Source: Alphaproteobacteria bacterium
GTDB lineage: Bacteria > Pseudomonadota > Alphaproteobacteria > UBA2966
NCBI GenBank assembly: GCA_964291395.2
Contig: OZ219856.1
Coordinates: forward strand, 416,001 to 480,000
DNA: 64,000 nucleotides
Reading direction: 5' to 3'
The translations under genes and the position numbers were made by a program. The notes beneath the pieces are model-generated. The model ran no database searches, had not been told where the DNA came from, and saw nothing but the letters and a program-made list of their open reading frames with translations. Below, piece after piece: positions 30,273-40,350 of this stretch (position 1 is its first letter; each line of letters begins with the position of its first letter).

Positions 30273-30610
30273 AGGGATTCCTCCTTGCCGGACTTCTGGC
30301 CCTGGCGGCAACGCCGGCGCTGGCCCATTCCGGCCTCGACGCGACCGCGCCGATGAACGGCGCCGTGCTGGAGGAGGCTCCGCCCCATATCGTCCTCACC
30401 TTTGCCAAACGCACCCGCCTGACACGGGTCCGGATGGCCCATGGCGACAATCAGGCGGTCGATGTCGACCTTGGCGGCCAGACTTCTTTCGCGACCCGGT
30501 TCGTGGTTCCGTTGACGGACATGGGCAGCGGCCTCTACCGGATCGAGTTGCGCGGCCTCTCGGGCGACGGACACCCCGTGCGCAACGCCTTCACATTCAG
30601 GGTGCAATGA
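30269..30610 (+). CDS. copC: CopC copper-binding protein
   Basis: signal peptide ending ALA-H, DGH motif. Confidence 0.82.
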   Translation: MKGFLLAGLLALAATPALAHSGLDATAPMNGAVLEEAPPHIVLTFAKRTRLTRVRMAHGDNQAVDVDLGGQTSFATRFVVPLTDMGSGLYRIELRGLSGDGHPVRNAFTFRVQ

Positions 30611-30613
30611 TCC

Positions 30614-31492
30614 TTGCCCGACACCTGGGAACTGGCCTCGGCCTTCGCGCGGTCCCTGCTCTATCTCGGGGTGCTCGGAAGCGTCGGCCTGGTCCTCGCC
30701 CGCATCGTCTTCCGCCGGGAGACCGGCGGTCTGCACGATCCCATGGTCCGGCAGGCGACGGCTCTCGCGACGCTCGCGCTTCTGGCTGCCGGCCTCGGCT
30801 TCGCCCTGAAGGGCGCTGCCATGACGGGCGGGTTCTCGGGCATGACCGACCCCGAGATGCTGGGGCTCCTCTGGCAGACCCCGGCCGGGACGGCGCTCCT
30901 GCTCCGGGTTGCCGGCCTGATTACGATCCTTGTCGCCCTTCGCGTCCCCGCTATCGGCCTTCCTCTCGCCGCCGTCGGCGGCCTGATGACGCTGTGGTCA
31001 TTTACCGGGGTGGGGCATGTCGCCGATGCGGGGGCGCTCTGGCTCGAAATGCTGCTTCTGCTGCATCTCGCCGGCGTGGCGTTCTGGATCGGCATCCTCT
31101 CGCCTCTCCGCACGCTTGCCGGCGACCCCGAAGGGCTCTCCCTCGCGGCCGGCCTGGGCCATCGTTTCGGTCGCATCGCCGCGTTCACGGTGCCGGTCCT
31201 GATCGCCGCCGGGATCGTCATGGCATGGCGCCTGCTCGGGGAAGCTTCCGCCCTGGTCGCGACGGGATACGGCCTCACCCTGCTTGCGAAAATCGGCGCG
31301 CTCGGCCTGCTGCTAGGCGCCGCGGCGGCCAACAAGCTCCGTTTCGTTCCGGCCGTGAGGGCGGGCGACCGGAGCGCGGCTTTCGCGCTGCGACGTTCCA
31401 TCGCGGTCGAGTGGGCCGCGGTCTGTTTCGTCCTCCTGGCGACGGCCGTTCTGACCACGGTGCCGGACTTGCCGCCCGGAGGTGATCCGTGA
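30614..31492 (+). CDS. copD: CopD family inner-membrane protein
   Basis: GH, HL...FWIG, YG..L..K and AANK motifs; multiple TM segments. Confidence 0.85.
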   Translation: MPDTWELASAFARSLLYLGVLGSVGLVLARIVFRRETGGLHDPMVRQATALATLALLAAGLGFALKGAAMTGGFSGMTDPEMLGLLWQTPAGTALLLRVAGLITILVALRVPAIGLPLAAVGGLMTLWSFTGVGHVADAGALWLEMLLLLHLAGVAFWIGILSPLRTLAGDPEGLSLAAGLGHRFGRIAAFTVPVLIAAGIVMAWRLLGEASALVATGYGLTLLAKIGALGLLLGAAAANKLRFVPAVRAGDRSAAFALRRSIAVEWAAVCFVLLATAVLTTVPDLPPGGDP

Positions 31493-32787
31493 ACCGAAGA
31501 GAGTTCCTCATAGCCTCGACCGCAGCGGTTCTGCTCCCGACGACCGGCTGGGCGGCGCCCACCATCCGCTTGAGGGCCGGGCCCGTCAACGCAAGGATCC
31601 TGCCCGAACCCAAAAGCCTCACCCCGATGCTCGGCTTCAACGGCACGACCCCCGGACCCGAACTCCGCGCCCGCCAGGGGGACCGGATGTCGGTCGCCTT
31701 CGAGAACGGAACGGGACAGCGCTCCGCCGTCCACTGGCACGGCATCCATCTCGACAACGCGATGGACGGGGTGCCGGAGCTGACGCAGGAGCCGGTCGAA
31801 CCGGGCGCGGCCTTCCACTACGCCTTCGATGTCCCTTACGCCGGCACCTACTGGTACCACGCCCACCATCGCTCCTGGGAGCAGGTCGCCAGGGGTCTTT
31901 ACGGGCCCCTGATCGTCGAGGAGCCGGACCCGCCCGCCGTCGCCCGCGACATTACCGTCGTCCTCGACGACTGGCGCCTGGAACGTAACGGCTCGCTGCA
32001 CGAGAGCTTCGGCAACCGGCACGACTTCTCCCATGCCGGACGGATAGGAAACGTCGCCCGGGCCTTGTTCTCTCGGAACACGGTGCGGCGCGGGGACCGG
32101 ATCCGCCTGCGGCTGATCAACGCGGCCACCGCAAGGATGTTTCCCGTGAGGATCGACGGGGGAAACGGCAAGGTCGTGGCCCATGACGGGATGCCGCTCG
32201 CCGTTCCGGCCCCTCTGGGCGACCTTTTCCTCGCCCCGGCGCAGCGGACCGACGTCATGCTGGACGTGACCGGCCCGGTCTCCTTCACCCTCCTGACACG
32301 GCAGGGCTCCTACGGGCTCGGCACCATCGCCGTCAGTGGGTCGAACCCCGCGCCGACCGATGCTCCGATCCGGCCCCTGCCGCCGGCCCACGTGCCCGTG
32401 CCCGACCCGAACGGGGCGGCCCGCCTCACCCTCGTCATGCAGGGCGGCGCCATGGGCGGGCGGCACGGGGGCAGCGACTTCTGGGCGTTCAACGACCGGT
32501 CGGGCATGGCGGACGTGCCGTGGCACCGATTTGCCCGCGGCGAGACGGCCCGGATCACGCTGCGCAACGACACCGCGTTTCCGCACGGCATCCACCTGCA
32601 TGGCCACCATTTCCACGAACTCGGGGAAGATGGCTCTCTCGGACACTACCGGGACACGACCCTGGTCGATCCGCGGCAAAGCCGGGACATCCTCTGCGTG
32701 TTCGACAATCCCGGCAAATGGCTCCTGCACTGCCACACGCTGGCGCACCAGGCGTCCGGCATGAAGACCTGGGTGGAGGTCGCATGA
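31489..32787 (+). CDS. Tat-exported multicopper oxidase
   Basis: RREFL Tat motif, HWHG, WYHAH, HGIHLHGH and HCHTLAHQASGM. Confidence 0.92.
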   Translation: MNRREFLIASTAAVLLPTTGWAAPTIRLRAGPVNARILPEPKSLTPMLGFNGTTPGPELRARQGDRMSVAFENGTGQRSAVHWHGIHLDNAMDGVPELTQEPVEPGAAFHYAFDVPYAGTYWYHAHHRSWEQVARGLYGPLIVEEPDPPAVARDITVVLDDWRLERNGSLHESFGNRHDFSHAGRIGNVARALFSRNTVRRGDRIRLRLINAATARMFPVRIDGGNGKVVAHDGMPLAVPAPLGDLFLAPAQRTDVMLDVTGPVSFTLLTRQGSYGLGTIAVSGSNPAPTDAPIRPLPPAHVPVPDPNGAARLTLVMQGGAMGGRHGGSDFWAFNDRSGMADVPWHRFARGETARITLRNDTAFPHGIHLHGHHFHELGEDGSLGHYRDTTLVDPRQSRDILCVFDNPGKWLLHCHTLAHQASGMKTWVEVA

Positions 32788-33218
32788 CGCGCGTCCTGCC
32801 GGTTCTCGCCCTGCTCTGGCCCGCGCTGGCCATTGCGGACCACGAGCTGGACAACCGCGACATCGGAAACGGGCGCGTCCTGTACAAGGAGCACTGCGCC
32901 TCCTGCCACGGCGTCCGGCTCGAAGGGCAGCCGAACTGGCAGCAGCCCGGAAAGGACGGAATCCTGCCGGCTCCGCCGCACGATGCGACCGGTCATACCT
33001 GGCATCACGACAACCGGCTTCTGTTCGACTACACGAAGCTCGGCGGCCAGGCCCTCATGGAGGCCATGGGCATCACCGGGTTCAAGAGCGGCATGCAGGG
33101 CCTCGGAGACGTCATGAGCGATGACGAGATCTGGGACGTCCTCGCCTACATCCGCTCCACCTGGCCCGACCGCATCCGGAAAATCCAGGCCACGAGAAAT
33201 CCGGAGCACGGGCAATGA
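32784..33218 (+). CDS. c-type cytochrome
   Basis: signal peptide, CASCH and GHTWHH. Confidence 0.85.
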   Translation: MTRVLPVLALLWPALAIADHELDNRDIGNGRVLYKEHCASCHGVRLEGQPNWQQPGKDGILPAPPHDATGHTWHHDNRLLFDYTKLGGQALMEAMGITGFKSGMQGLGDVMSDDEIWDVLAYIRSTWPDRIRKIQATRNPEHGQ

Positions 33219-33410
33219 CCGGTCCGGGATCCGCCCGTCGGGAAAACCCGCCTTGCATCGCATACACGAATGCGTGGTTCACCCGTCTGGAGACTTCTTC
33301 GGGCATCTGTAAACGGAGGCAGCATTGAAAACACCGACGAAGCGCGTCGAAGGATGCGGCTGTCCGGCCGCAAGGTTCGATCCCATGATTTCTGCCAAAG
33401 GACTACAGAT

Positions 33411-34211
33411 ATGAACAATCCGCAGGCACAGGCAAAACCGGGGGGTGGCGCCGCCAAAGCCGTGCGGCATGCCATCATCGCAATCGCCGCGGTGACTCTG
33501 GCCGCCACGTCCCCCGCAAGCGGCGGGCGGGCGGAGTCGGCCGCCGCGCCGCCGCCCGACAGGGACGCCGTCCGCAAGATCGTCAAGGAATACCTGCTCG
33601 AACATCCCGAGATCATCGAGGATGCCATCCGGGTTCTTCAGGCCAGGCGGGAGTCGCAGGAGCGGGACCGTGTCCAGGCCTCACTCCGCCAGCACGGGGA
33701 GGCGTTGCGGGCCCATCCGATGTCCCCGGTCTCCGGCAACCCGAACGGAGACGTCACCCTCGTCGAGTTCTTCGACTACCAGTGCGGCTTTTGCAAAAGG
33801 TCGCTGAAGCCGGTGATGGACCTTCTGGAGACCGACAAGCGGCTCCGTATCGTCTGGAAGGAGTTTCCCATCCTCGGTCCGGTCTCGCGGTTCGCGGCGC
33901 GCGCGGCGATGGCTTCCGTCAAGCAGGGCCTCTACCTCGAATTCCATGTCGCCGTCATGGGATCGCGGGGCCGACTGACGGAACAACGGGTCATGGACAT
34001 CGCCGGTGATGTCGGCCTCGACGTCCAGCGCCTTCGCCGCGACATGGAGGACCCCGACATCGAGGGGTATCTCGACGAAACGATCCGCTTGGCACGGATC
34101 CTCGGCATCAACGGCACGCCGGCCTTTGTAATTGGCGACACGCTGGTTCCGGGCGCCGTGGGTCACGCACGCCTGAAGGAGCTGATCGGCAAGGCCCGGT
34201 CCGGAGGCTAG
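33411..34211 (+). CDS. DsbA/Com1-like (ScsC-type) thiol-disulfide oxidoreductase
   Basis: EYLLEHPEII, EFFDYQCGFC and GTP cis-Pro motifs. Confidence 0.88.
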   Translation: MNNPQAQAKPGGGAAKAVRHAIIAIAAVTLAATSPASGGRAESAAAPPPDRDAVRKIVKEYLLEHPEIIEDAIRVLQARRESQERDRVQASLRQHGEALRAHPMSPVSGNPNGDVTLVEFFDYQCGFCKRSLKPVMDLLETDKRLRIVWKEFPILGPVSRFAARAAMASVKQGLYLEFHVAVMGSRGRLTEQRVMDIAGDVGLDVQRLRRDMEDPDIEGYLDETIRLARILGINGTPAFVIGDTLVPGAVGHARLKELIGKARSGG

Positions 34212-34315
34212 GAAGAATCCCGTCTGCCTCCACTGCAGATTGCAATCCGGCCTCGCAACACGATGTCTGCCATTACCGAGGTCGATACCAAGGTACGACC
34301 AACGAGGTAACTGTG

Positions 34316-34915
34316 ATGTCAATCCGCCGGAAAGCGTGCTTTCTCCTGCTTCCCCTCCTTCTTGCCCTTACTCCGCCGCGTCCGGCCGGGGCGGCGGAGA
34401 ACTCGCCATCGCCCTACGCCGGTCAGGAAGCCCGGCCGATCAAGAGCCTGTCTGCAGACGACCTTGCCGAACTCCGGCGAGGCGGCGGCTGGGGACTCGC
34501 CAAGGCGGCCGAACTCAACGGCATGCCCGGCCCCGCCCACCTGCTGGGGTTGAAAGACCGGATTCCCCTGACCACAGGCCAGGTGAGTGCGATCACCGCC
34601 GTCTTCGACGACATGCGCACAACCGCAATTACCGAGGGCGAACGCCTCATTGCCCGCGAGGAGGCGCTGGAGATGGCGTTCAGGAACGGCAGCGTTACCG
34701 AGAGCTCGCTGCTCGCCATGCTGTCGGAGATCGGACAGGCGCGGACGGCGTTGCGCTATACGCATCTGGCCGCGCACTTGAAGACGCTTCCACTGCTCAC
34801 AGGCGACCAGATCGCGCGTTACAACGTTCTGCGCGGATATAGCGGCGACCCTTGCGCAAGCCCGCCCCAGGGACATGACCTTCGAATGTGGCGCAAACAC
34901 AACGACTGCGAATGA
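34316..34915 (+). CDS. periplasmic Spy/CpxP-like protein
   Basis: signal peptide, AAELNG.PGP.H and LT..Q repeats. Confidence 0.65.
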   Translation: MSIRRKACFLLLPLLLALTPPRPAGAAENSPSPYAGQEARPIKSLSADDLAELRRGGGWGLAKAAELNGMPGPAHLLGLKDRIPLTTGQVSAITAVFDDMRTTAITEGERLIAREEALEMAFRNGSVTESSLLAMLSEIGQARTALRYTHLAAHLKTLPLLTGDQIARYNVLRGYSGDPCASPPQGHDLRMWRKHNDCE

Positions 34916-35132
34916 CTCCAACCCCGGCTGCAGGGCCTTCGGGCAGGCCTCGAGGCTCTCCAAATCCCTTCCGTCGCCATCGCCGCGACCACATCGACCG
35001 CTTCGACGGCTATCCCGCCGAATCCGTCGAGGACCGGCGCAGGCCCCGGGGGCTCCGGGTGGATTGAATCCGATTCCGGACCCCGCGTTCACCATTGTTG
35101 CGTACCGACCGCCGAGGCCTATATTGCCCGCC

Positions 35133-36293
35133 ATGGCGGTGATCGACTCCATATCTGCGCCGGTGCCTGAAGCGGCATCGACCCCCCTGCCGGAGATTGA
35201 TGTCGCGGCCGGCTCGCGTGTGGTCGTGGCGATGTCGGGAGGGGTCGACTCCTCGGTGACGGCCGCCGTCTGCAAGGCCCGGGGTTACGAGGTCGTCGGA
35301 ATCACCCTGCAGCTCTACGACCAGGGGGCGGCCTCGAACCGCAAGGGCGCCTGCTGTGCCGGACAGGACATCCACGATGCACGCCGCGTGGCCGCTTCGC
35401 TCGGCATCCCCCACTACGTGCTCGACTACGAGGCCCGCTTTCGCGAAAGCGTCATCGACGACTTCGCCGATACCTACCTCGCCGGCGAGACACCGGTTCC
35501 CTGCGTCCGCTGCAACCAGACGGTGAAGTTCCGCGATCTGGTGGCCGTGGCACGGGATCTCGGCGCCGCGGCCCTGGCGACCGGGCACTACGTGCGGCGC
35601 ACTCTCGGGCCGGCCGGTCCCGAGATGCGCCGGCCGGCCGATCTCGCGCGGGACCAGAGCTATTTCCTGTTCGCAACCACGCGCGAACAACTCGCGTATC
35701 TGCGCTTTCCGCTCGGCGGTCTCGACAAGGCGCGGACTCGCGCACTGGCCGCCCGTTTCGACTTACCCGTCGCCGCCAAGCCCGACAGTCAGGACATCTG
35801 TTTCGTGCCCCGCGGTTCCTACGCCGATGTCGTCGCCAGGCTCCGCCCGGGAGCGATCGAGCCGGGCGACATCGTCCACGTCGATGGACGCGTGGTGGGC
35901 CGGCACGACGGCGTGATCGGGTTCACCGTCGGTCAGCGCCGTGGCCTTGGGGTGGGCGGCGAGGCCGCGCCGCTCTACGTGGTCCGTCTCGAACCGGAAT
36001 CGCGCCGGGTCGTCGTCGGACCCCGCGAGGCGCTGCTGGGGCGGGAGTTCAGGACCCGGGACGTCAATTGGCTCCGGGATGCGCCGGAGGCGGGCGACGG
36101 GATCCGTGTCGCGGTCAAGGTGCGGTCCACGCATGCGCCCGTGCCGGCGGCGGTCGTCCCCGACGAGGCCGGCGGTGCGTGCGTGGCGCTGGATCGTCCC
36201 GAGGCCGGGCTCGCGCCCGGACAGGCCGCCGTCTTCTACGACGGTGACCGCGTTCTGGGCGGCGGCTGGATCTGCCGTCTCCCCGGCCGCTGA
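35133..36293 (+). CDS. mnmA: tRNA 2-thiouridylase
   Basis: [33 protein letters not shown] and PGQAAVFY. Confidence 0.95.
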   Translation: MAVIDSISAPVPEAASTPLPEIDVAAGSRVVVAMSGGVDSSVTAAVCKARGYEVVGITLQLYDQGAASNRKGACCAGQDIHDARRVAASLGIPHYVLDYEARFRESVIDDFADTYLAGETPVPCVRCNQTVKFRDLVAVARDLGAAALATGHYVRRTLGPAGPEMRRPADLARDQSYFLFATTREQLAYLRFPLGGLDKARTRALAARFDLPVAAKPDSQDICFVPRGSYADVVARLRPGAIEPGDIVHVDGRVVGRHDGVIGFTVGQRRGLGVGGEAAPLYVVRLEPESRRVVVGPREALLGREFRTRDVNWLRDAPEAGDGIRVAVKVRSTHAPVPAAVVPDEAGGACVALDRPEAGLAPGQAAVFYDGDRVLGGGWICRLPGR

Positions 36294-36320
36294 CTCCGGC
36301 CGTCCCCGGTCCTCCAGCGG

Positions 36321-37529
36321 ATGAGCGCCGAGACGTCCCGGGTGGCGGCCCCGCCGCGCCCGCCGCCCATCGCCATCCTCATCGTCATCGCGGGTCTCGG
36401 ACCGACGTCGCTGAACATCTTTCTGCCGTCCATGCCGGGACTGATGCGCGCGTACGGCACCGGCTACGACACGGCGCAGCTCACGTTGTCGCTCTATCTC
36501 GTGGGTCTCGCCGTGGCGCAGCTCGGCTACGGCCCGCTCTCGGACCGCTTCGGCCGCCGCCCCGCGTTGCTCGGAGGTCTCGTCCTCTATCTGGTTGGAA
36601 GCGTCGCCTGCATCGCCGCACCGACCATCGACGCGTTGATCGCGGGCCGCGTCCTTCAAGCCGTAGGCGGATGCTCGGGAATCGTCATCAGCCGAGCCAT
36701 CATTCGCGACGTCTACGATCGCGGCCGCGCGGCCAGTGTTCTCGCCTACGTCACCATGGCCATGGTGGTCGCCCCGTTGATGGCGCCGACGGTCGGCGGA
36801 TTCCTCGACGACTGGTTTGGATGGCGGGCGGGTTTCATGCTCATGGCCGCCATCGGCGTGGTCACCCTCGCGGCATGCTTCCTGTTGCTGAACGAGACGC
36901 ATACGCCGCGGAAGGACCCCGCGCCCCAACGAGGCCTTTGGGAGGGCGCGACGGCTCTCCTCGGCCGTCGGCGCTTTCACGGCTATGCCCTCCAGGTCGC
37001 GTTCAACTCGGGCGTGTTCTACGCGTTCATCGCCGGTGCCCCTTACGTCATGATCGAGCTGTTGCAACGGTCCGCGGGCGAGTACGGCCTGTGGTTCGCC
37101 GTCGCCTCCGCCGTCTACATGTTGGGGAATTTCACCGCAGGGCGCATTTCCGAGCGGGTCGGCCCGGACCGCATGATCACCGTCGGCACGACGATCTCGC
37201 TGGTCGGCGTGGCCGCGCTGGGCGCCTTCTACCTCGGCGACGTGGTATCGCCGGCAACCCTGTTTGGCGGCATGTCGATCGTCGCCTTCGGAAACGGCAT
37301 GAGCATTCCCAACGGGATCTCGGGCGCCGTCAGCGTCGACCCCGCCCGGGCGGGCACCGCATCGGGGTTCTCGGGATTCTCGCAGATGGCGATCGGCGCG
37401 GGGACGTCCTGGGCCGTCGGGTCCCTGCTCATGGACACGGCAGGCCCGCTCGTCGCCGTCATGATCTTCAGTTCGGTCGCGGCGCGGTGTTGCTTCGAGT
37501 GGGGCGTGCGGCGCGTGCCTCTTGCTTGA
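36321..37529 (+). CDS. Bcr/CflA family MFS transporter
   Basis: GPLSDRFGRRP motif A, about 12 TM segments. Confidence 0.88.
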   Translation: MSAETSRVAAPPRPPPIAILIVIAGLGPTSLNIFLPSMPGLMRAYGTGYDTAQLTLSLYLVGLAVAQLGYGPLSDRFGRRPALLGGLVLYLVGSVACIAAPTIDALIAGRVLQAVGGCSGIVISRAIIRDVYDRGRAASVLAYVTMAMVVAPLMAPTVGGFLDDWFGWRAGFMLMAAIGVVTLAACFLLLNETHTPRKDPAPQRGLWEGATALLGRRRFHGYALQVAFNSGVFYAFIAGAPYVMIELLQRSAGEYGLWFAVASAVYMLGNFTAGRISERVGPDRMITVGTTISLVGVAALGAFYLGDVVSPATLFGGMSIVAFGNGMSIPNGISGAVSVDPARAGTASGFSGFSQMAIGAGTSWAVGSLLMDTAGPLVAVMIFSSVAARCCFEWGVRRVPLA

Positions 37530-37554
37530 CAGGCGGCGGAGCCATAATTATAGG
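37526..37554 (+). promoter_or_regulatory. sigma70 promoter of tRNA-Met
   Basis: TTGACA-17bp-TATAGG just upstream of the tRNA. Confidence 0.7.
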
Positions 37555-37569
37555 CCGGAGCCCTCGGGT

Positions 37570-37646
37570 GGCGGAGTAGCTCAGCCGGTTAGAGCAGCGG
37601 AATCATAATCCGCGTGTCGGGGGTTCGAGTCCCTCCTCCGCTACCA
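37570..37646 (+). tRNA. tRNA-Met (CAT), probably elongator
   Basis: 77-nt cloverleaf GGCGGAG...TAGCTCAG...CAT...GTTCGAG...CTCCGCT-ACCA. Confidence 0.95.
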
Positions 37647-37901
37647 ACCTTTTACAGCAGATTCGGCCGATACCCGTACCGCCTGCGTGCCGGCGGCGAC
37701 ACGCAGCGGGGTCTCGCGATACTCGACAAGAGTTCCCACGAGACGACGCTGCAGAAAATGCCGATTGGGTTTCGGACACTTGACCGGTCAAGCGGGACAA
37801 GGCGGGACTAGCCGAGACTTGGCGTTCCCTGGTCCGCGAAATACCGGCAGTCCCGGCGCCACAACCGGATGAGATCCTTCAACGGAACGCTCCACGCGAA
37901 T

Positions 37902-37955
37902 TGTCGATGGCGAACGAAAACTGGACATTTCTGGCAATCGAAAACTGAACACTTT
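37902..37955 (+). mobile_element. orphan IS21-like terminus
   Basis: TGTC start followed by two 23-bp direct repeats at 24-bp period (tggcgaacgaaaactggacattt / tggcaatcgaaaactgaacactt). Confidence 0.5.
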
Positions 37956-38146
37956 GGGCGTGGGGGCGTACCCCCAAGCGGGTGTTAGACTCGGTGGAGC
38001 AACGCGACCGCCCACGAGTCTGGCGGCGACAAGCCAGTTATCCACAGCGGGCCGGCCGCACCGTCGCCTTTGTGCCCGGCGATCACTACGCGGCCCTCTT
38101 GCGGCGCCGATCCGAGCCGGATTGCAGCAGGTTCTGGTGATCCCGC

Positions 38147-38300
38147 ATGCGGTATGAGTTCCCTCGGATGTTGACGATGTGGCAGTGGCTGGTCTCGACG
38201 GTGCAGCGCTATTTCTACCAGTGGCGCGACAACAGGCTGTGGCAGACGATCCGGTTCGATCTGGCCATGCAGGCGCGTCGAGCGCAGGACGCGCAAGAGC
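38147..38300 (+). pseudogene. IS5-family transposase N-terminal fragment
   Basis: STVQRYFYQWRDNRLWQTI motif. Confidence 0.6.
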
Positions 38301-38366
38301 TCGTATTCGGTAGCGGTCAGCGCGACCGGGTTTCAGGCGACCGACACCCGGCGGCGCCCGTAGCGC

Positions 38367-39701
38367 TTACGGCATTCTCCATAATCGGGACATCGGCACT
38401 GCGTGAAAGCGATCGCCAAAGGGGACGGCGGTCTCGCCGTCATAGAGCACCACGCCGCGGACGAAGCGGTCACCGGCTGCTCTTTCGAGTTTGCGCAGTC
38501 CACGAAAGTCTCTCGAACTCACCGACGCGGCCGCCTTGATTTCCACGCCGGCGACGGCGCCGGACGCCTGCTCCATCACGATATCCGTTTCGGCGCCGTC
38601 CTTGTCCCGGAAATGGAAGAACCCGGTGGGTGTGTCTTGCCAACTCGCTTGTCTTCGCAATTCCTGAAACGCGAAGGTTTCCAGGAATTGCCCCAGAAGG
38701 GTTCGATCCGCCGCCAGCGCCTTGGCGTCGGCGCCGAGCAAGGCCGCGGCGAGGCCGGTATCGGTGAGATGCAACTTCGGACTCTTGACCAGCCGCCTCA
38801 GTCGATTGCCGTGCCAGGCAGGGAGCCGTTCCAGCAGGAAAAGCCTCTCGAGGAGCGTGACGTAATCCCCGATTGACGGCCGGCTGAGCTCGAAGGGAGA
38901 GGCCAGACTGCTGAGGTTGAACAACTGAGCCGTCCGGGCAGCCGCGGCGCGCAGAAGCCTTGGCAGGACGTCGAGCGAGCGGACCCGAGTTATGTCTCGC
39001 ACGTCGCGCTGGACGAGTGCCTCCACATAGTCGCGATACCAGTTTGCCGAACGCCTCAAGGTCGGTCGTTCCAATGCCGCAGGATAGCCGCCGGCAACGA
39101 CCGTCTCGACGAGCCGTGCTCCGAGACGCTCGCATTGGAACATCGGGAAGCCGTCACCGAACAGAGCGTTCAGGAAGCCCGCATCGGGACGAGCTGGATC
39201 TGACCGACCTGCAAGCTCAAACTGTGTCAAGGGATGCAAGGGCACGATCTGCAAGCGCCCCGCGAGCGAATCCGACAATTGGGGAACAAGAAAGACGTTG
39301 GTGGAGCCCGTAAGCAGGAAACGTCCCGCCCGCTGGCGGTCGACGGATATCTTGATCGCCTCAAACAGCTCGGGAACACGCTGGACCTCGTCGAGGATGA
39401 CGCGCTCCGGCAAGTCAGCAACGAAACCCGTCGGGTCCGCCCGGGCGCCGTCTCTCGTGACGGGATCGTCGAAGCTGAAATACTTGTAGTCCCGACCTTC
39501 CCGGGAGTATCCCCATGCAAGCCGATCGCCGCCCCAGGTCAGTCGCCGGCCCCCCAGGTGGTAGTTCGGCGTGCAGGTGATCTGGGCGAGCGTTGTCTTG
39601 CCGCACTGACGCGGGCCGTGAATCAGCACGACCGGCGAATCCTCGAGCGCTTCGACAAGCCGACGCTCGGCGGACCGGGGATAGAAGACCGGATTCGACA
39701 T
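38367..39701 (-). CDS. AAA+ ATPase with DUF4143-type C-terminal domain
   Basis: GPRQCGKTT, ILDEVQ, LLTGS, GGYP, K.PK..L.DTGL and FRD..G.E.D...E motifs. Confidence 0.88.
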   Translation of the reverse strand: MSNPVFYPRSAERRLVEALEDSPVVLIHGPRQCGKTTLAQITCTPNYHLGGRRLTWGGDRLAWGYSREGRDYKYFSFDDPVTRDGARADPTGFVADLPERVILDEVQRVPELFEAIKISVDRQRAGRFLLTGSTNVFLVPQLSDSLAGRLQIVPLHPLTQFELAGRSDPARPDAGFLNALFGDGFPMFQCERLGARLVETVVAGGYPAALERPTLRRSANWYRDYVEALVQRDVRDITRVRSLDVLPRLLRAAAARTAQLFNLSSLASPFELSRPSIGDYVTLLERLFLLERLPAWHGNRLRRLVKSPKLHLTDTGLAAALLGADAKALAADRTLLGQFLETFAFQELRRQASWQDTPTGFFHFRDKDGAETDIVMEQASGAVAGVEIKAAASVSSRDFRGLRKLERAAGDRFVRGVVLYDGETAVPFGDRFHAVPMSRLWRMP

Positions 39702-39980
39702 CGGCCAATTGTAAGTTTGGACTTCGGCCGATTGCAAGATTGCGTCTCGGCCAATTGAAGACAAACCCATCGATTGCAGGTGAGTGAGCGCCCTCTCGTC
39801 AGGGGTGATCGAACATGGGCTGACCGGCCTGCGGGTGTGACAGCACAACGGCGTGAAGCCAACGTCAAATAACGCGGAATCGCCGTCAAATGTCGCCAGA
39901 ATCCCCGTCGTACGCCAGAATCCGCAAAGGGAAGGTGCTGCGCGCAGGCCGGATGGACGGTGCAACGAAATTAGGCAGGT

Positions 39981-40025
39981 TTGACAACAGACTTGTTGCC
40001 AACGATATTGATGCCAACAATATCG
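39981..40025. repeat. three imperfect 15-bp tandem repeats
   Basis: ttgacaacagacttg / ttgccaacgatattg / atgccaacaatatcg. Confidence 0.7.
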
Positions 40026-40350
40026 AGTGTCGAAGACAGACTCGACCATGCGAAAGCGTGGGCCACCGCGCTCCCCGGCCGCAAGCTGGATTTGTCCCGG
40101 ATCGTCCCGTATGGTGCCGGGAACCGTCATTCGGAACGTGTCCGGCAATGCGGGACGGATCATATGTCCCTATTGAAAAGACTCGTGAAAACAACATGAT
40201 ATGTCTTTGGAGCAGCGGAATCACAATCCGCGTGTCGGGGGTTCGAGTCCCTCCTCCGCTACCACTCGTTCCCTCCCCGGTCTATGCCGGAGACACGGGT
40301 AACGGAACGTACCCGGGACACGGGGTGACAACGCCGGTTCGAACGGATTC

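Larger units (their letters stand above)
37592..40264. mobile_element. tRNA-Met-anchored islet bounded by 55-bp att-like repeats, no integrase
   Basis: tRNA 3' part 37592-37646 repeated at 40210-40264 with one change (CAT to CAC). Confidence 0.85.

Noticed and set aside
40210-40264. Second tRNA with anticodon CAC
   Set aside because: Lacks the 5' acceptor strand and most of the D arm; it is an att-like duplication
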